Below the pieces are notes generated by a model, which was not told where the DNA came from, searched no databases, and saw nothing but the letters and a program-made list of their open reading frames with translations. From Chara braunii (taxonomy: Eukaryota > Plantae > Charophyceae): 64,000 bases of DNA. Location: assembly GCA_003427395.1 (NCBI GenBank), contig BFEA01000022.1:114504-178503 (forward strand). Direction: 5' to 3'. Both the position numbers and the translations under genes were made by a program. Position 1 is the stretch's first letter; each line of letters begins with the position of its first letter. Shown here in pieces: positions 13,437-25,390 of this stretch.

Positions 13437-14250
13437 NNNNNNNNNNNNNNNNNNNNNNNNNNNNNNNNNNNNNNNNNNNNNNNNNNNNNNNNNNNNNNNN
13501 NNNNNNNNNNNNNNNNNNNNNNNNNNNNNNNNNNNNNNNNNNNNNNNNNNNNNNNNNNNNNNNNNNNNNNNNNNNNNNNNNNNNNNNNNNNNNNNNNNNN
13601 NNNNNNNNNNNNNNNNNNNNNNNNNNNNNNNNNNNNNNNNNNNNNNNNNNNNNNNNNNNNNNNNNNNNNNNNNNNNNNNNNNNNNNNNNNNNNNNNNNNN
13701 NNNNNNNNNNNNNNNNNNNNNNNNNNNNNNNNNNNNNNNNNNNNNNNNNNNGGTTGGGGACAGTTAGGGGTGGTTAGGGGAGGGTGGGTCACAAATGCGG
13801 ATGGTTAGGGGCGGATAGGGGTGGCGGTTAGGGGCAGTTGGGGACATTTAGTGGCAGTTAGGGGCGGTTGGGGACAATTAGGGTTGGTTAGGGGAGGGTG
13901 GGTCACAAGTGTGGATGGTTATGGGTGGGTGCATACAATTGTGGGTGGGTACAGGTGGGTCGGATTGAAAAAAAAAATTGGTTGGGTACGGTACAAGTGG
14001 TTAACAAAAGGTTTGGGTGTAGGTGGCCATAAGTAGTTTTAAAACAGAAAGTCCATGGGCAGTTATGGGCAGTTACAGTCTCAAGAGGTTCAGGTAGGGC
14101 AAGTACGGGTACACTTTTCTTTTTTGAGCAGGTAAGGATGGGTAAAGGTCCGGTAGGCCATCTATACAGTGGGTATGGGTGGTTAGTTTTCAAAGACGGT
14201 ATGGGTAGGTAAGGTACATGTATTCCAAAAAATCCCAGTTGCCACCTCTG
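12724..14250. mobile_element. Non-autonomous hAT-type element (MITE)
   Basis: 17-bp TIRs CAGAGGTGGTAACTGGG / CCCAGTTGCCACCTCTG (1 mismatch); 8-bp TSD ctcttcac / ctcttcat; GGGTAC/GGGCGG subterminal motifs; internal (GA)n and gap. Confidence 0.9.
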
Positions 14251-14339
14251 CTCTTCATTATCGAACGGGAACCTTGTTCCACATTGACAACATTAGACAA
14301 TGGTTGCGCGAAGGAGGCAGTATTGTTCGTAATTAAACA

Positions 14340-14565
14340 AACACTCACATGGTGTAATGATCACGCGATATGAAAACACACAAAAGTCGTCTTTGTGCGC
14401 GTGAGCGTCAGTGCAACATGTTCCCCCTTTTGCCTCATGTTAACAGCAAGGCAATTGTTGTTAACACGTGGCAAAAACAGAATTATGTTGCACTATTGCT
14501 CATACGTGTAAAAACGACTTGTGTGCGTTTTCATGATATCGCGATCACGACACCATGAAAGTGTT
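14340..14565. repeat. ~225-bp foldback (long imperfect palindrome)
   Basis: acactcacatggtgt...atgaaaacacacaaaagtcgt pairs with acgacttgtgtgcgttttcat...acaccatgaaagtgt; inner pairs gtgcaacat/atgttgcac and ttttgcc..tgttaaca/tgttaaca..ggcaaaa. Confidence 0.8.
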
Positions 14566-14674
14566 CATCAATAGGCAATGGTTGCGTGGAGGAGGCAATA
14601 TTGTTCGTTATCAAACAATGCCATCGATGTGGAACGAGGTTTTCTTCTGACGACGTAGAGAGCGTGTTGAAAAG

Positions 14675-15015
14675 CGATGGCCTAAGTGTCTGGCGCGCAA
14701 CACACATTGTTCATCATGTCCTGATCATTACCATGACTAGGAAAATCAACCACGGCGACCCACGTGGTTGGCGAGAACTTCCAGGAGTGGACGTGTCGTA
14801 TCCGTCCACGACCGAGTGTGTGGGATACGAGAGCACCTGGCAGTGCATTGATATAATTGACATTCTTGGTTGATCAGTGTGTCGATGGATGATAAGCGCC
14901 ACATCCTGGCATTCGTCGTCAACCACGTGGGCCGCTGCGAAAGATTTTCCTGGTCAAGTTAATGATTAGGACATGTTGATTGGTGCGCGCCGTGCGCCAG
15001 CCACGCATGCCATCG
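14675..15015. repeat. Second foldback (~340 bp)
   Basis: catgtcctgatcatta...ggaaaatc...cccacgtggttg pairs with caaccacgtggg...gattttcc...taatgattaggacatg. Confidence 0.7.
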
Positions 15016-16079
15016 TTTGTCAACAGCCACGTGGGCCTCCGCAATTAACGTCCCTGCTGACATTGATGACCAAGACATAGATTAAGACTCCATTCAATAA
15101 AACAATATTAAGAAAAGACGATGAGAATTAACAGAAAGGAATAACAAGAACTATGCAGATACAATAGACACAAAGGATCATGGAGATAGAGATACGGAAT
15201 CTTGACTGGCGACGAGGTGCAACAACTTTGTTTGCCGCCCGACGCATCGATGCGCGACACGCGGCAGGAGTTGGGTGCGACCATTACAACACACGATATG
15301 GTTCCCAGACCTCGACGACCTCCTACGTAGGGGTCGAATGAAGCCCAGCTCGCGGCGGGGACATTGTCGGAGGCCAACACGCCTCGTCAAAGTGTAGTTG
15401 ACTCGTCACGGTCAGCCTCCACGTAGTATTAGTCTCAAAGGTTGCTTGTGGTCACAATCAGCAAAGTGTTGACGAGCTGGTTGGTCCTCTTGGATCGCGT
15501 CAGCGAACAAGACAACACGACGGTCCAACACCATTGAAACTGAATCACGACATTTGGGCTGAACCGCCACATCTCCAAGGGTCAAACTACACTGAAAACG
15601 GACCAAGGGTTAGTGAGAAAAATAGAGTTGACCACTTGGGACCGGACCAACATGACCAAATAACCTCGTGGGATGGGCCCTTATTATGATTAAGAGGGGT
15701 TTAGAAAAGGTTGAACCTTCGTATTCCAAGGTCGGGCCAGTCCCAACTCGGTACTAATTTTAGCACAGGCCGTACTATTATTAGTGCAAGCCCGTGCTAT
15801 TTTTAGCACAGGCTGGTGCTATTTTTAGCATGGGACTGCCCTTCGTATTCCAAGGTCGTGACTATCCCAGTCCCACGCTATTCTTAGCGCAGGCGCACAC
15901 TATTTTTAGCGCACACCCGTGATATTTTTAGCACGAGACTGACTGTTCGTGTTCCAAAATTGGGGCTGTCCTGGTCCCTCGCTAATTTTAGCGCAGGCAT
16001 GTGCTAATTTTAGCACAGGCCTGTGCTATTTTTAGTCCTAGGACTGCTGCACTTGGGACCGACCACCTGGCCTCTCCAC

Positions 16080-16087
16080 TATAAAAG
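16080..16087 (+). promoter_or_regulatory. Putative LTR TATA box
   Basis: TATAAAAG (CATAAAAG in the 3' LTR at ~37718), downstream of the GTGCTATTTTTAGCAC array and upstream of purine- and pyrimidine-rich tracts. Confidence 0.5.
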
Positions 16088-16679
16088 AGAGGTTGTGCCA
16101 CTCAAGAAGAGAGAAGACAACATACATGCGGGAATGTGGCAATGTTAGTGCAACATCTAAGAGAAGTCAGGAGTCAGGACTAGAGCGAGCAAGGGAGAGT
16201 GAGATGAGCAAGGACCAAGTGGAAAGGAGGTAAGGGAGGAGAGCTGCAACAACGGGGGCATAAGGTCAGGCTTTTCTGGCTAAGACCGTAGCCCCAGCTC
16301 TTGCCTCCTCTCCTCTTCCTCCTTTTCCTCTCTTTCTTTCACTCTCTCTCCCCGACTCACTCTATCCCTTTTGAACTATCATGACTGTCCGCCTTGGGCG
16401 CACTGTGGCCGCTTTATTTTGTTGCCCACACCAAGTCTAGTCTCCGTGCACCGACTTGTAGTTGTGTGTGTCTCGCTCTTAACATGTGTGTCTGGGACCA
16501 ACCTTTAATGAGCAATGTGTGCCAAAGTTCAAGATGCGGAGTTGAGCTACCCTGTCAAACCTAAGACCGCAGGGTGTTGTTGCAATGTACGCCCCCACTT
16601 AGTACCCCTTGGCTGAATGGGAACAACGCACCCTCGACCGATGCCCCCTTATGTTCGCTGCTGATTTTGCCGTTGGCGC

Positions 16680-17275
16680 CACACGCATGCCATTTCGGAC
16701 CTGACGAGAGTCATTGTGCGCCCACCCGCACTTCGTTGCCATTTCAGATGTGAGAAAAATTGTTGTTTTTATCTGACAACAGTTGGTTCATGCCATTTCG
16801 GATTTGACGAGAGTTGCTGTGTGCCCACACACACTTCATTGCCGTTTCAGATACGAGAAAAATTGTTGTTTTGATCTGACGAGAGTTGCTTCACTGCCAT
16901 TTCGGATCTGACAAGAGTTGGTGTGCGCTCACTCGCACTTCATTGTCATTTCACATATGAGAAAAGTTGCTGATGTTGTGCGCCCAACCGCACTTCATTG
17001 CCATTTCGGATCTTACGAGAGTTGTTGTGCGCCCACAAGCACTTCACTGCCATTTCAGATCTGAGAAGAGTTATTGTGCGCCCACGCGCACTCCATTGTC
17101 GTCTCAGATATGAGCAAAGTTGTTGTTCGCCCACGTGAAATCTATTGTCATTTTGATCTCACGAGAGTTGTTGTGCGAGCACGAGCACTTCACTGCCATT
17201 TCGAATTTGAGAAGAGTTATTATGTGCCCACGCGCACTCCATTGCCATTTCGGATTTGTGGGAAGTTGCTCACGT
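16680..17275. repeat. ~40-45-bp tandem array in LTR (CACTTCATTGCCATTTCRGATCTGACGAGAGTTGTTGTGCGCCCA); counterpart at ~38310-39020
   Basis: More than 10 degenerate units visible; copy number differs between the two LTRs. Confidence 0.9.
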
Positions 17276-19059
17276 GCATTTAATTACCACTCAACTTCTT
17301 GAGGAACATTGCTGATCCTACCATCGCACACGTGTGTGCATTCCATATCATTCAGATTTGTGGAAGATGTTGGTCTTTGGTCATTGCGCCAGTGCGCATT
17401 CCATCAAGAACATTTGCTGATTTGAAACAGTGCGCCAGTGCGCATTCGATCAAGGACATTTGCTGATTTGAGACAGTGCGCCAAGTTCGCATTCCATCAA
17501 GGACATTTGCTGATTTGAAAGTTCTGTTTGTGTGTGAGTGCGCATTCCATCAAGTTTTTTTGCAGAATTGAGACTATGCGCTAGTGCGCATTCCATCTAG
17601 GATTTTTGCATATTTTGAGACTGTATCCCTGTGTTATGCACACTATCAGATTGACACTAAGCGCCAATGCGCACTTTACCGATATTACCAATATTTGATA
17701 CGAGCGCATATGGCAAGTGTTGCCGATTTAGCGTGCGCCCAGTCCCCGTTTTGTTGTTTTACTGCGCTCCTATGCTCGGTATTGCTATTTGAGTGTGCGC
17801 CCAAGCACGCCCAAGCTCAGTGCGGCTATTTGAGTTCGCACGCATCCACACCCATGCTCTGTATGACTATTTGAATATGTGCCTATGCGCGCCCAGACCC
17901 AGTATTACTATCTGAGTGTGCACCCATGTGAGTTCGAGCTCGGCATGGCTATTTGAGTCCACGCCCATGCGCGCCCAAGCTCGATACTGTTATCTGAGTG
18001 CGCCCCCATGCTAGGCATTGCTGCCCCAGTGCGCGCCCATGCTTAGAACTACTGATTTAGTGCGCGCTCGGACCCGACATTGATGTCCTGGTGCACGCCC
18101 AGGCTAAGCATTGTTGTTTGAGTGTGCATCCAGGCCCGAACGTGATGATTTAGTGTGTGCCCAAGCCTGAATTCGATGTTTTAGCGTGTGCCCACGTTTT
18201 GTATCGCAGATTTATTGCGCACCCAGGCTCGGCAATGATGATCTAGCGTGCACCCATGCTCGGTGTTGTTGATATGATGCGTGCCTTGACTTGAGAGTGC
18301 GCGCCCTGTTGAGAAGAATGACCCCAAAGCAAGTGCACTGCTCGTACGATCAAGTTGGAACTGTGTGCTCTATGAGATTCACAATTGAGAGTCAATGGTG
18401 AAATGTTTTGGCATCCCATCCCGCTGATTTGATCCCTTGTTGATCAGTCCTTGCACAGGCAGTAATTGCAGTCCATTCCTTGTCCAGACGGTACTTGTTG
18501 TTTAATCCATGTGCAGACGGTATTTTTCCTGCACAGGTGATATTTGCGGTTCAGTCCCTACGCAGATAATTTTTGCGCAGTCTCGCCGCAGTGCATACGA
18601 CATTTTATGACTGGTCCCTGTGTATGTGATGCCTTGCTGAGCAGTCCTCCGCTGTGATGATATTGGCAGTCCCTGTCCTCATATTTTGACCCACTTGCTG
18701 TGGAGACACATTCATAGTATTGGTTGCATTCAGTTGTTGCTGGTATTCAGTCGGGTCCTTTCAGGCGGGCCCATCCCTTGAGTTTGTTGTTGTTCAGCCG
18801 CGCCCATTCAGACGGGCCTATATTGAGTTGCAGTTTGCTGATTCAGCCGGGCCCATTAAGGCGGGCGTATATTGAGTTGCAGTTTCCTGATAAGGTCGGA
18901 CCCATTCAGGCGGGCCCCTACATTGAGTTGCAGTTTGTTGATCAGTGGGGCCCATTCGGGCGGGCCCCTACATTGAGAGACTGTTTGTTGTCAAGCCAGG
19001 CCCATTAAGGCGGGCCTTTTTCACTGAGTTTTTTATTGTTGTTTAGTCGGGTCCAAGTA

Positions 19060-20174
19060 TTGGAGGGAGCATTTACACTCGCAGGGGTGCAACAATTGTC
19101 CAAGCTGGCCCGTCATCATGAAACAGCCCCTACGCGGGGCAAACTAGTTGAGAAGTTCTGCTACTGACATGTGGGGCGTCAAAGCTTTTTCATCAGGGCC
19201 AATGAGTTCCCTAGCTCAAGACACATGTTGGTGATTACCTACTCAGTAAAGGGGGCAGGGAAAGATGGAGCGAAGGGCACCACTTACGACAGGATCGCAT
19301 ACTACATATTTCGCAGGGAGAGCTATTGGAGGGATACCTGGCTGCATGTGGTGCTCCCTCACGTACCTTCAACGCCCGGGGGCGTACTCTTCGACTTTGA
19401 TGGGTGTGATCCCAAACCCCTCAGCGAGGAACGCCACAAAGGGAAGAAACAGAAGGACGAGCGGATCAGGAGGGAGATACCAATATCTGGGATCCCAATC
19501 ATTACTTGCATGCAGCGGTCAGAGACAGATGAGTCTGACCTTGACCCTTGTAGCGAGAGCGATATCGATCTCAGCGACTACTTCGACTGGGACACTCATA
19601 GGGACTGAGTCTATTGGTGGTAGCTGAGCGCTGAAGACTGGTAAGCAGCAGCGGCGGAAAGCGACATTGAGGAGGATTGCATATCTTCTAGTACGGTATC
19701 TGCGGAAGGGTGATTAACTTCTATATGTCAGGCGAGCCTAAGGCTGAGTCGATTGTCGGACCGCCAAAAGGGGAATGTCCAGTCTCATACCTTGGCGATG
19801 ACTACAACCATTTAGACTGGGCAGATCTTGCTATGCAGGCTTTTCGAAAGCCCCTTTATGAAGACTATTTTGTGGAGGTTTCGTACGTCTAATTCGACAG
19901 AAGAGGACGGATCGAGATATTGATCGGAGCTACGGACGATATTACCCTTCCGGAGGAGCTTTACCTAAGGAGTGTTGCAGACGAGGAGATGGCTAGATGC
20001 ATGGCATATATCGGCAAAATCGATCATGCAGCACCGCTGGATATCAGCTATGTTGTCCGAGAGTCGATAGCAACCAGGGTTCTTAATGATGAGGAGGACC
20101 GGCGTGTACCTGATATGGAGTCCCGAACAGTAGGGCCTACTCACGAGGGGGTACCACTTATCATTATCGATTGA
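19060..20174 (+). pseudogene. Degenerate ORF of unknown function inside the LTR (copy at ~40735-41852)
   Basis: Complex protein-like translation in both LTRs (LVITYSVKGAGKDG.KGTTYDRIAYYIF.RESYWRD.WLHVV.PHVPS..GGVLFDFDGC.PKP ... LDISYVVRESIATRVLNDEE...PLIIID*). Confidence 0.5.
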
Positions 20175-20718
20175 GACTCTCTCCTTCTAGTCAAAGTGAT
20201 GTATTATGATATTACTATGATTTATCAGTGACAACAGCCCTCCAATGGTTGCTCCCTGCAGACTTTGTGTACTATATCTTCAATCTTGTGTCTCTGGTCA
20301 TGCTCTTGCAGAGTCTAGTTTCTGGTCTTTTTGTTTTTTAAGTGCCACTTATTCTATGATGCATGTAATATGTCATTTCCTCTTTACATTACACAGCTTG
20401 CACTCAAGGCTACTTGAAGGACTCCTGGATAATAGGGACTCAAGTGACCTTGAATTTAACCTTTCTACGAGGTCAGGTGTTGACGATAAAACCGAACGCC
20501 TCACTCCAAGTCATGTCTCCGCTGATAGGAGGGATGTTCCTGACTACTCGACTGTGTCACTAAGTCTGACAAAAGTTGTTTTTAAATGCAGCTTTATTTA
20601 ATTTCCTATATACTTACCAAAATCCTACGTGACAGTCTCCCAGTCCACCAACCCACTGCACTCGGCCCGTGGAGGGACATCGAACCTGGCCTTCGAAAGT
20701 GGTGGGGGGCGACAAAAA

Positions 20719-20736
20719 TGGCACCGTTGTCGGGGA
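20719..20736 (+). other. Primer binding site, tRNA-Asp type
   Basis: TGGCACCGTTGTCGGGGA, 4 nt after the LTR end; 16/18 match to the TGGCGCCGTTGCCGGGGA PBS known from Athila-type elements. Confidence 0.85.
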
Positions 20737-22529
20737 CTCAAAAATCTTCAGTTCCTAGGAACGGACCTTGGTCACAATATTCAGTGGCTAGGCAACAGTC
20801 TAGCATAATTCATACAAGGCCTGACTCAGGTCAGAAAGACTTCCGACTAGATGAGCCCCGTGAGGAGGAGCCTCGTGAGGAGTCTATCTGAAGTGACTCG
20901 GATTTCCAAGCAAGGGTTTGAAACTCGTCTTCTGGGCCCTCAGCTTGATAAGTCTATAAGTCAGAAACTAGACGATGACTGAATAGTATAATGTTTTAGA
21001 ATCCCTAACTCGTGTCACATATGGTCGTGCCTTTCCCTATATGTTTGTCAAATGTATTACTTGTGTAAAAAATGCAACGACTGTGCATGTGTTTGTCTTT
21101 AGATTCCTTGATACTGATGACTATGATATTCGACCCTAAGTCCTAGAAGGAGCCGATCAAGATCCAAGTTTCTTTACCAACTGGGATATCATAGTGAGGT
21201 GTATCAAAGAAGAGAGGGATCAGTTGAGACAACAAGAGTTAGAGGCGGGTTGGAGCTTATTGCCTAGAATCTACGAAAGGATTCCTACTCCGCCAGTACC
21301 CAAAGGATTCCGTGATGGTAGGAATTGGCAACCAATCATCAATGCAGCGCTGCGGAGGCAAAATTGTTAGTCATCCCATGTCGACAGTAACTAGAGCGAT
21401 AAAGGCGTTGACCAGGATCATGACTGGCGGTGCTTTCTCATATATCATCGAGCAATGCGTGACTTGCGAGCATTATTTTGTAACCCTATATGTCCTTGGA
21501 GTCGAGTACTTGATACAAATGAATATGATGTGAGACCATATGTACCTGCTGAAACGAGGACAGGGATTGATTATGAGGCGTGTTGGGTAGTTGGTGCTGA
21601 ATACATCATAGATGAAAGGTTGTTTTTGAAACAACAAGGAAAGAAAGTGACATAGAGAGTTTGAGAGATTCTCAAGCCCTCCTGTGCCCGCTACCTTCTG
21701 TGATGGGAAATACTGGGGACCGATCCTCAACGCAGTACTTAGGGATCGAGTGTGGTGAGCTATGCCGATCAATGTCCACACCCTGATGATGGAGATAACT
21801 TTTGATTTGAGGTCTATCTAGGCGAGCATCGAGTGACTGTCATCGGGACTGTGAGAGGATGCGACACTAGACTAGGTAGGCACGGCGACATTGACATGGT
21901 AGAGCTATGTATCACCCGCGGTCGTGACCGCGGGCCATTTGACCGCACGCGGTCGGCATCCTGACCGCAGCGGGCGACCGCCCGCGCCCAAGTGCGGTCG
22001 AAAAACTCCGATATTTTTAAATCCTAGGATAATAGGTTAAAAACAAATATATATATGGGGTTGTACATGTTTGTGCGCTCTACAACCGTATATTTTTAGT
22101 TTTATTTTTTGACTTCTTTTTTTATTTTAACAAGTGGACCCGCCGCAGCCACGCTGCGGCAGAGGAGAGGGACGAACAGGGGGGCGAGGCTGTTGTTGTT
22201 ACACTGCAGGTTTTTTTTATGAATTTTTTTTTTTGTCGTCATATTCGCTATAAACTAAAAAAAAACATGACTGTGGCAGACTGTTAGTGATCAGGAGGTT
22301 GTCTCTCTCTCTCTCTCTCATCCCATCGATGGAAGTAGACTTTCTCTATCTGTCTGCGTGCATGGCTGGAAAACNNNNNNNNNNNNNNNNNNNNNNNNNN
22401 NNNNNNNNNNNNNNNNNNNNNNNNNNNNNNNNNNNNNNNNNNNNNNNNNNNNNNNNNNNNNNNNNNNNNNNNNNNNNNNNNNNNNNNNNNNNNTTCATTG
22501 AACGCGGGTTTTCCGTTCAGAAATTGAAC

Positions 22530-22567
22530 CTGTCTCTTATACACATCTAGATGTGTATAAGAGACAG
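22530..22567. other. Nextera mate-pair junction adapter (assembly artefact)
   Basis: Exact CTGTCTCTTATACACATCT+AGATGTGTATAAGAGACAG (two Tn5 mosaic ends), 36 bp from an N gap. Confidence 0.98.
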
Positions 22568-22734
22568 GTGTGTGTGTGTGTGTGAGTGACACACACATAC
22601 ACACACGCGCGCACACGCCCAAGCAGGACCGCTTCAACAGTTTCATGTGTGCATGAACTGAGCAGCCTTCAAATGCGTAAAATGAGAAGGAGAGTATGGA
22701 GCAAGAGGCTGTGAGATGCAACCCCATCGTGAAT

Positions 22735-24172
22735 CCCCTCCCCTCCTTCTCCCCCTCCTTCTCCCCCTCCTTCTCCCACCCCTCCTCCCGCTCCTCCTCC
22801 CGCTCCTCTCACTCCTCTTCCTGCTCCCGCTCCTCCTCCACGAAACAACGTGACAAAGATCCCGCCATAGCCCCACACCCGCTTCTTCTCCCGCTCCTCC
22901 TCCCTCTCCTCCTCCCTCTCCTTCTCCCGCTCCCTCTATTGCTGTTCCTCCCACTCCTGCTGCTGCTCGTCCTCCTTCCGCTGCTTCTCCTGCTTTTCTC
23001 CCCGTTCCTCCTCCCCCTCCTCCCGCTCCGCTTCCCGCGCCATAGCCCCGCTCCCCCTCCTTCCCCGCTCCTTCTCCTTCTCCCGCTCCTCCCATTCCTC
23101 CTCCTCCTCCTCCTCCCCCTCCCGCTCCTCCGCCAAACAACGTGACAAAGATCCCGCCATAGCCCCGCTCCCGCTCGTTCTCCTGCTGCTCCTCCCTCTC
23201 GTCCTCCTTCTCCTTCTCCCGCTCTCCCTCCTGCTGCTTCTCCTTCTCCCGCTGCTTCCCATGCTCTTTCCCAATCCCTCCTATTCCTTCCCCCGCTTGT
23301 CCTCGTGCTCCTCCCGCTCTTCCTCCTCCACCTATATCTCCTCCCCCTCCTCCGCCTCCCGTGCGTTCGTTAACCCCCTCCCCGTTTCCCGCTCCTAACC
23401 CCCTTGTCATTTCCCCTGCCGCTCCTCCTTCTCCAGCTCCTCCTCCCGCAGCTCCTCCGCCCCTTCGCATTTCACCTCCCGCTACTTCTCCCACACCTAC
23501 TCCCGCTCCTCCTCCCACTCCTGCTTTTCCCGCTCCTTTTCCCATCCCTCCTCCCGCTCCTCCCGCTCCTCCCGTTCCTCCTCCCGCTCCTCCTCCCGCT
23601 CCTCCTCCCGCTCCTCCTCCCGCTCCTCCTCCCGCTCCTCCTCCGCCAAACAACGTGAAAAAGATCCCGCCATAGCCATCTCCTATGAAAAAAACAAAAG
23701 AAAAATGGGCCACCACGCTCCTCCCGCTTCTCCTCCTCCACCTATATCTCCTCCCCCTCCTCCGCCTCCCGTGCGTTCGTTAACCCCCTCCCCGTTTCCC
23801 CTCCCGCTCCCCCTCCCGCTCCTTCTACCGCCCCTCCTCCCGCGCCTCCTCCGCTCCTTCCCGTTTTTCCTCGTGCTCCTTCTCCCGCTCCTAACCCCCT
23901 TCCCGTTTCCCCTGCCGCTCCTTCTCCAGCTCCTCCTCCCGCGGCTCCTCCGCCCCTTCGCAATTCCCCTCCCGCTCCTTCTCCCGCACCTGCTCCCACT
24001 CCTCCTCCCACTCCTCCTTTTCCCGCTCCTTTTCCCATCCCTCCTCCCGCTCCTCCCGCTCCTCCTCCCGCTCCTCCTCCCGCTCCTCCTTCGTCAAACA
24101 ACGTGACAAAGATCCCACCATAGCCATCTCCTATGAAAAAAACAAAAGAAAAATGGGCCGCTACGTGGCTAG

Positions 24173-24239
<67 letters not shown>

Positions 24240-24357
24240 GTCCATCGATAGAATGAGCAACGCACCGGCCAGCAGGCAATTTGATTTTGCTCATCCTATC
24301 GATGGAAATAACGTGAGGCTAGGAGCGGGGTTGGAGACTTACCTGTTCGCCGGTGCG

Positions 24358-24428
<71 letters not shown>

Positions 24429-25390
24429 NNNNNNNNNNNNNNNNNNNNNNNNNNNNNNNNNNNNNNNNNNNNNNNNNNNNNNNNNNNNNNNNNNNNNNNN
24501 NNNNNNNNNNNNNNNNNNNNNNNNNNNNNNNNNNNNNNNNNNNNNNNNNNNNNNNNNNNNNNNNNNNNNNNNNNNNNNNNNNNNNNNNNNNNNNNNNNNN
24601 NNNNNNNNNNNNNNNNNNNNNNNNNNNNNNNNNNNNNNNNNNNNNNNNNNNNNNNNNNNNNNNNNNNNNNNNNNNNNNNNNNNNNNNNNNNNNNNNNNNN
24701 NNNNNNNNNNNNNNNNNNNNNNNNNNNNNNNNNNNNNNNNNNNNNNNNNNNNNNNNNNNNNNNNNNNNNNNNNNNNNNNNNNNNNNNNNNNNNNNNNNNN
24801 NNNNNNNNNNNNNNNNNNNNNNNNNNNNNNNNNNNNNNNNNNNNNNNNNNNNNNNNNNNNNNNNNNNNNNNNNNNNNNNNNNNNNNNNNNNNNNNNNNNN
24901 NNNNNNNNNNNNNNNNNNNNNNNNNNNNNNNNNNNNNNNNNNNNNNNNNNNNNNNNNNNNNNNNNNNNNNNNNNNNNNNNNNNNNNNNNNNNNNNNNNNN
25001 NNNNNNNNNNNNNNNNNNNNNNNNNNNNNNNNNNNNNNNNNNNNNNNNNNNNNNNNNNNNNNNNNNNNNNNNNNNNNNNNNNNNNNNNNNNNNNNNNCCG
25101 CCCCTCCTCCCGCGCTTCCTCCACCCCTTCCCGTTTCTCCTCGTGCTCCTTCTGCTCCTAACCCCCTCCCCGTTTCCCTTGCCGCTCCTTCTCCAGCTCC
25201 TCCTCCCGCGGCTCCTCCGTCCCTTCACATTTCCCCTCCCGCTCCTTCTCCCGCGCCTGCTCCCGGTCCTCTTTTTCCCGCTCCTTTTCCCATCCCTCTT
25301 CCCGCTCCCCCCGCTCCTCCCGCTACTCCTCCCGCTTCTCCTCCCGCTCCTCCTCCGCCAAACAACGTAACAAAGATCCCACCATAGCCA
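22735..25390. repeat. CCT/CCCGCT pyrimidine-rich satellite punctuated by a conserved 30-bp core
   Basis: AAACAACGTGACAAAGATCCCGCCATAGCC at 22843, 23135, 23648, 24096, 25360. Confidence 0.85.

Larger units (their letters stand above)
15365..20714 (+). repeat. 5' LTR (5350 bp)
   Basis: TGTCGGAGGCCAAC...GGGGGCGACA; collinear with 36894-42391 over its whole length; contains five different tandem arrays. Confidence 0.9.

Noticed and set aside
13151-13808. ORFs spanning (GA)n/(CA)n and N runs (also 24133-25639, 55079-55717, 61448-61923)
   Set aside because: Artefacts of microsatellites and assembly gaps.
22530-22567. Perfect 38-bp palindrome or Tn5 ends suggesting a bacterial transposon
   Set aside because: Exact Nextera mate-pair junction adapter.
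22643-24260. Long Gly-, Pro- or Leu-rich ORFs (extensin- or GRP-like)
   Set aside because: Open in several frames on both strands because the CCT-rich satellite lacks stop codons.
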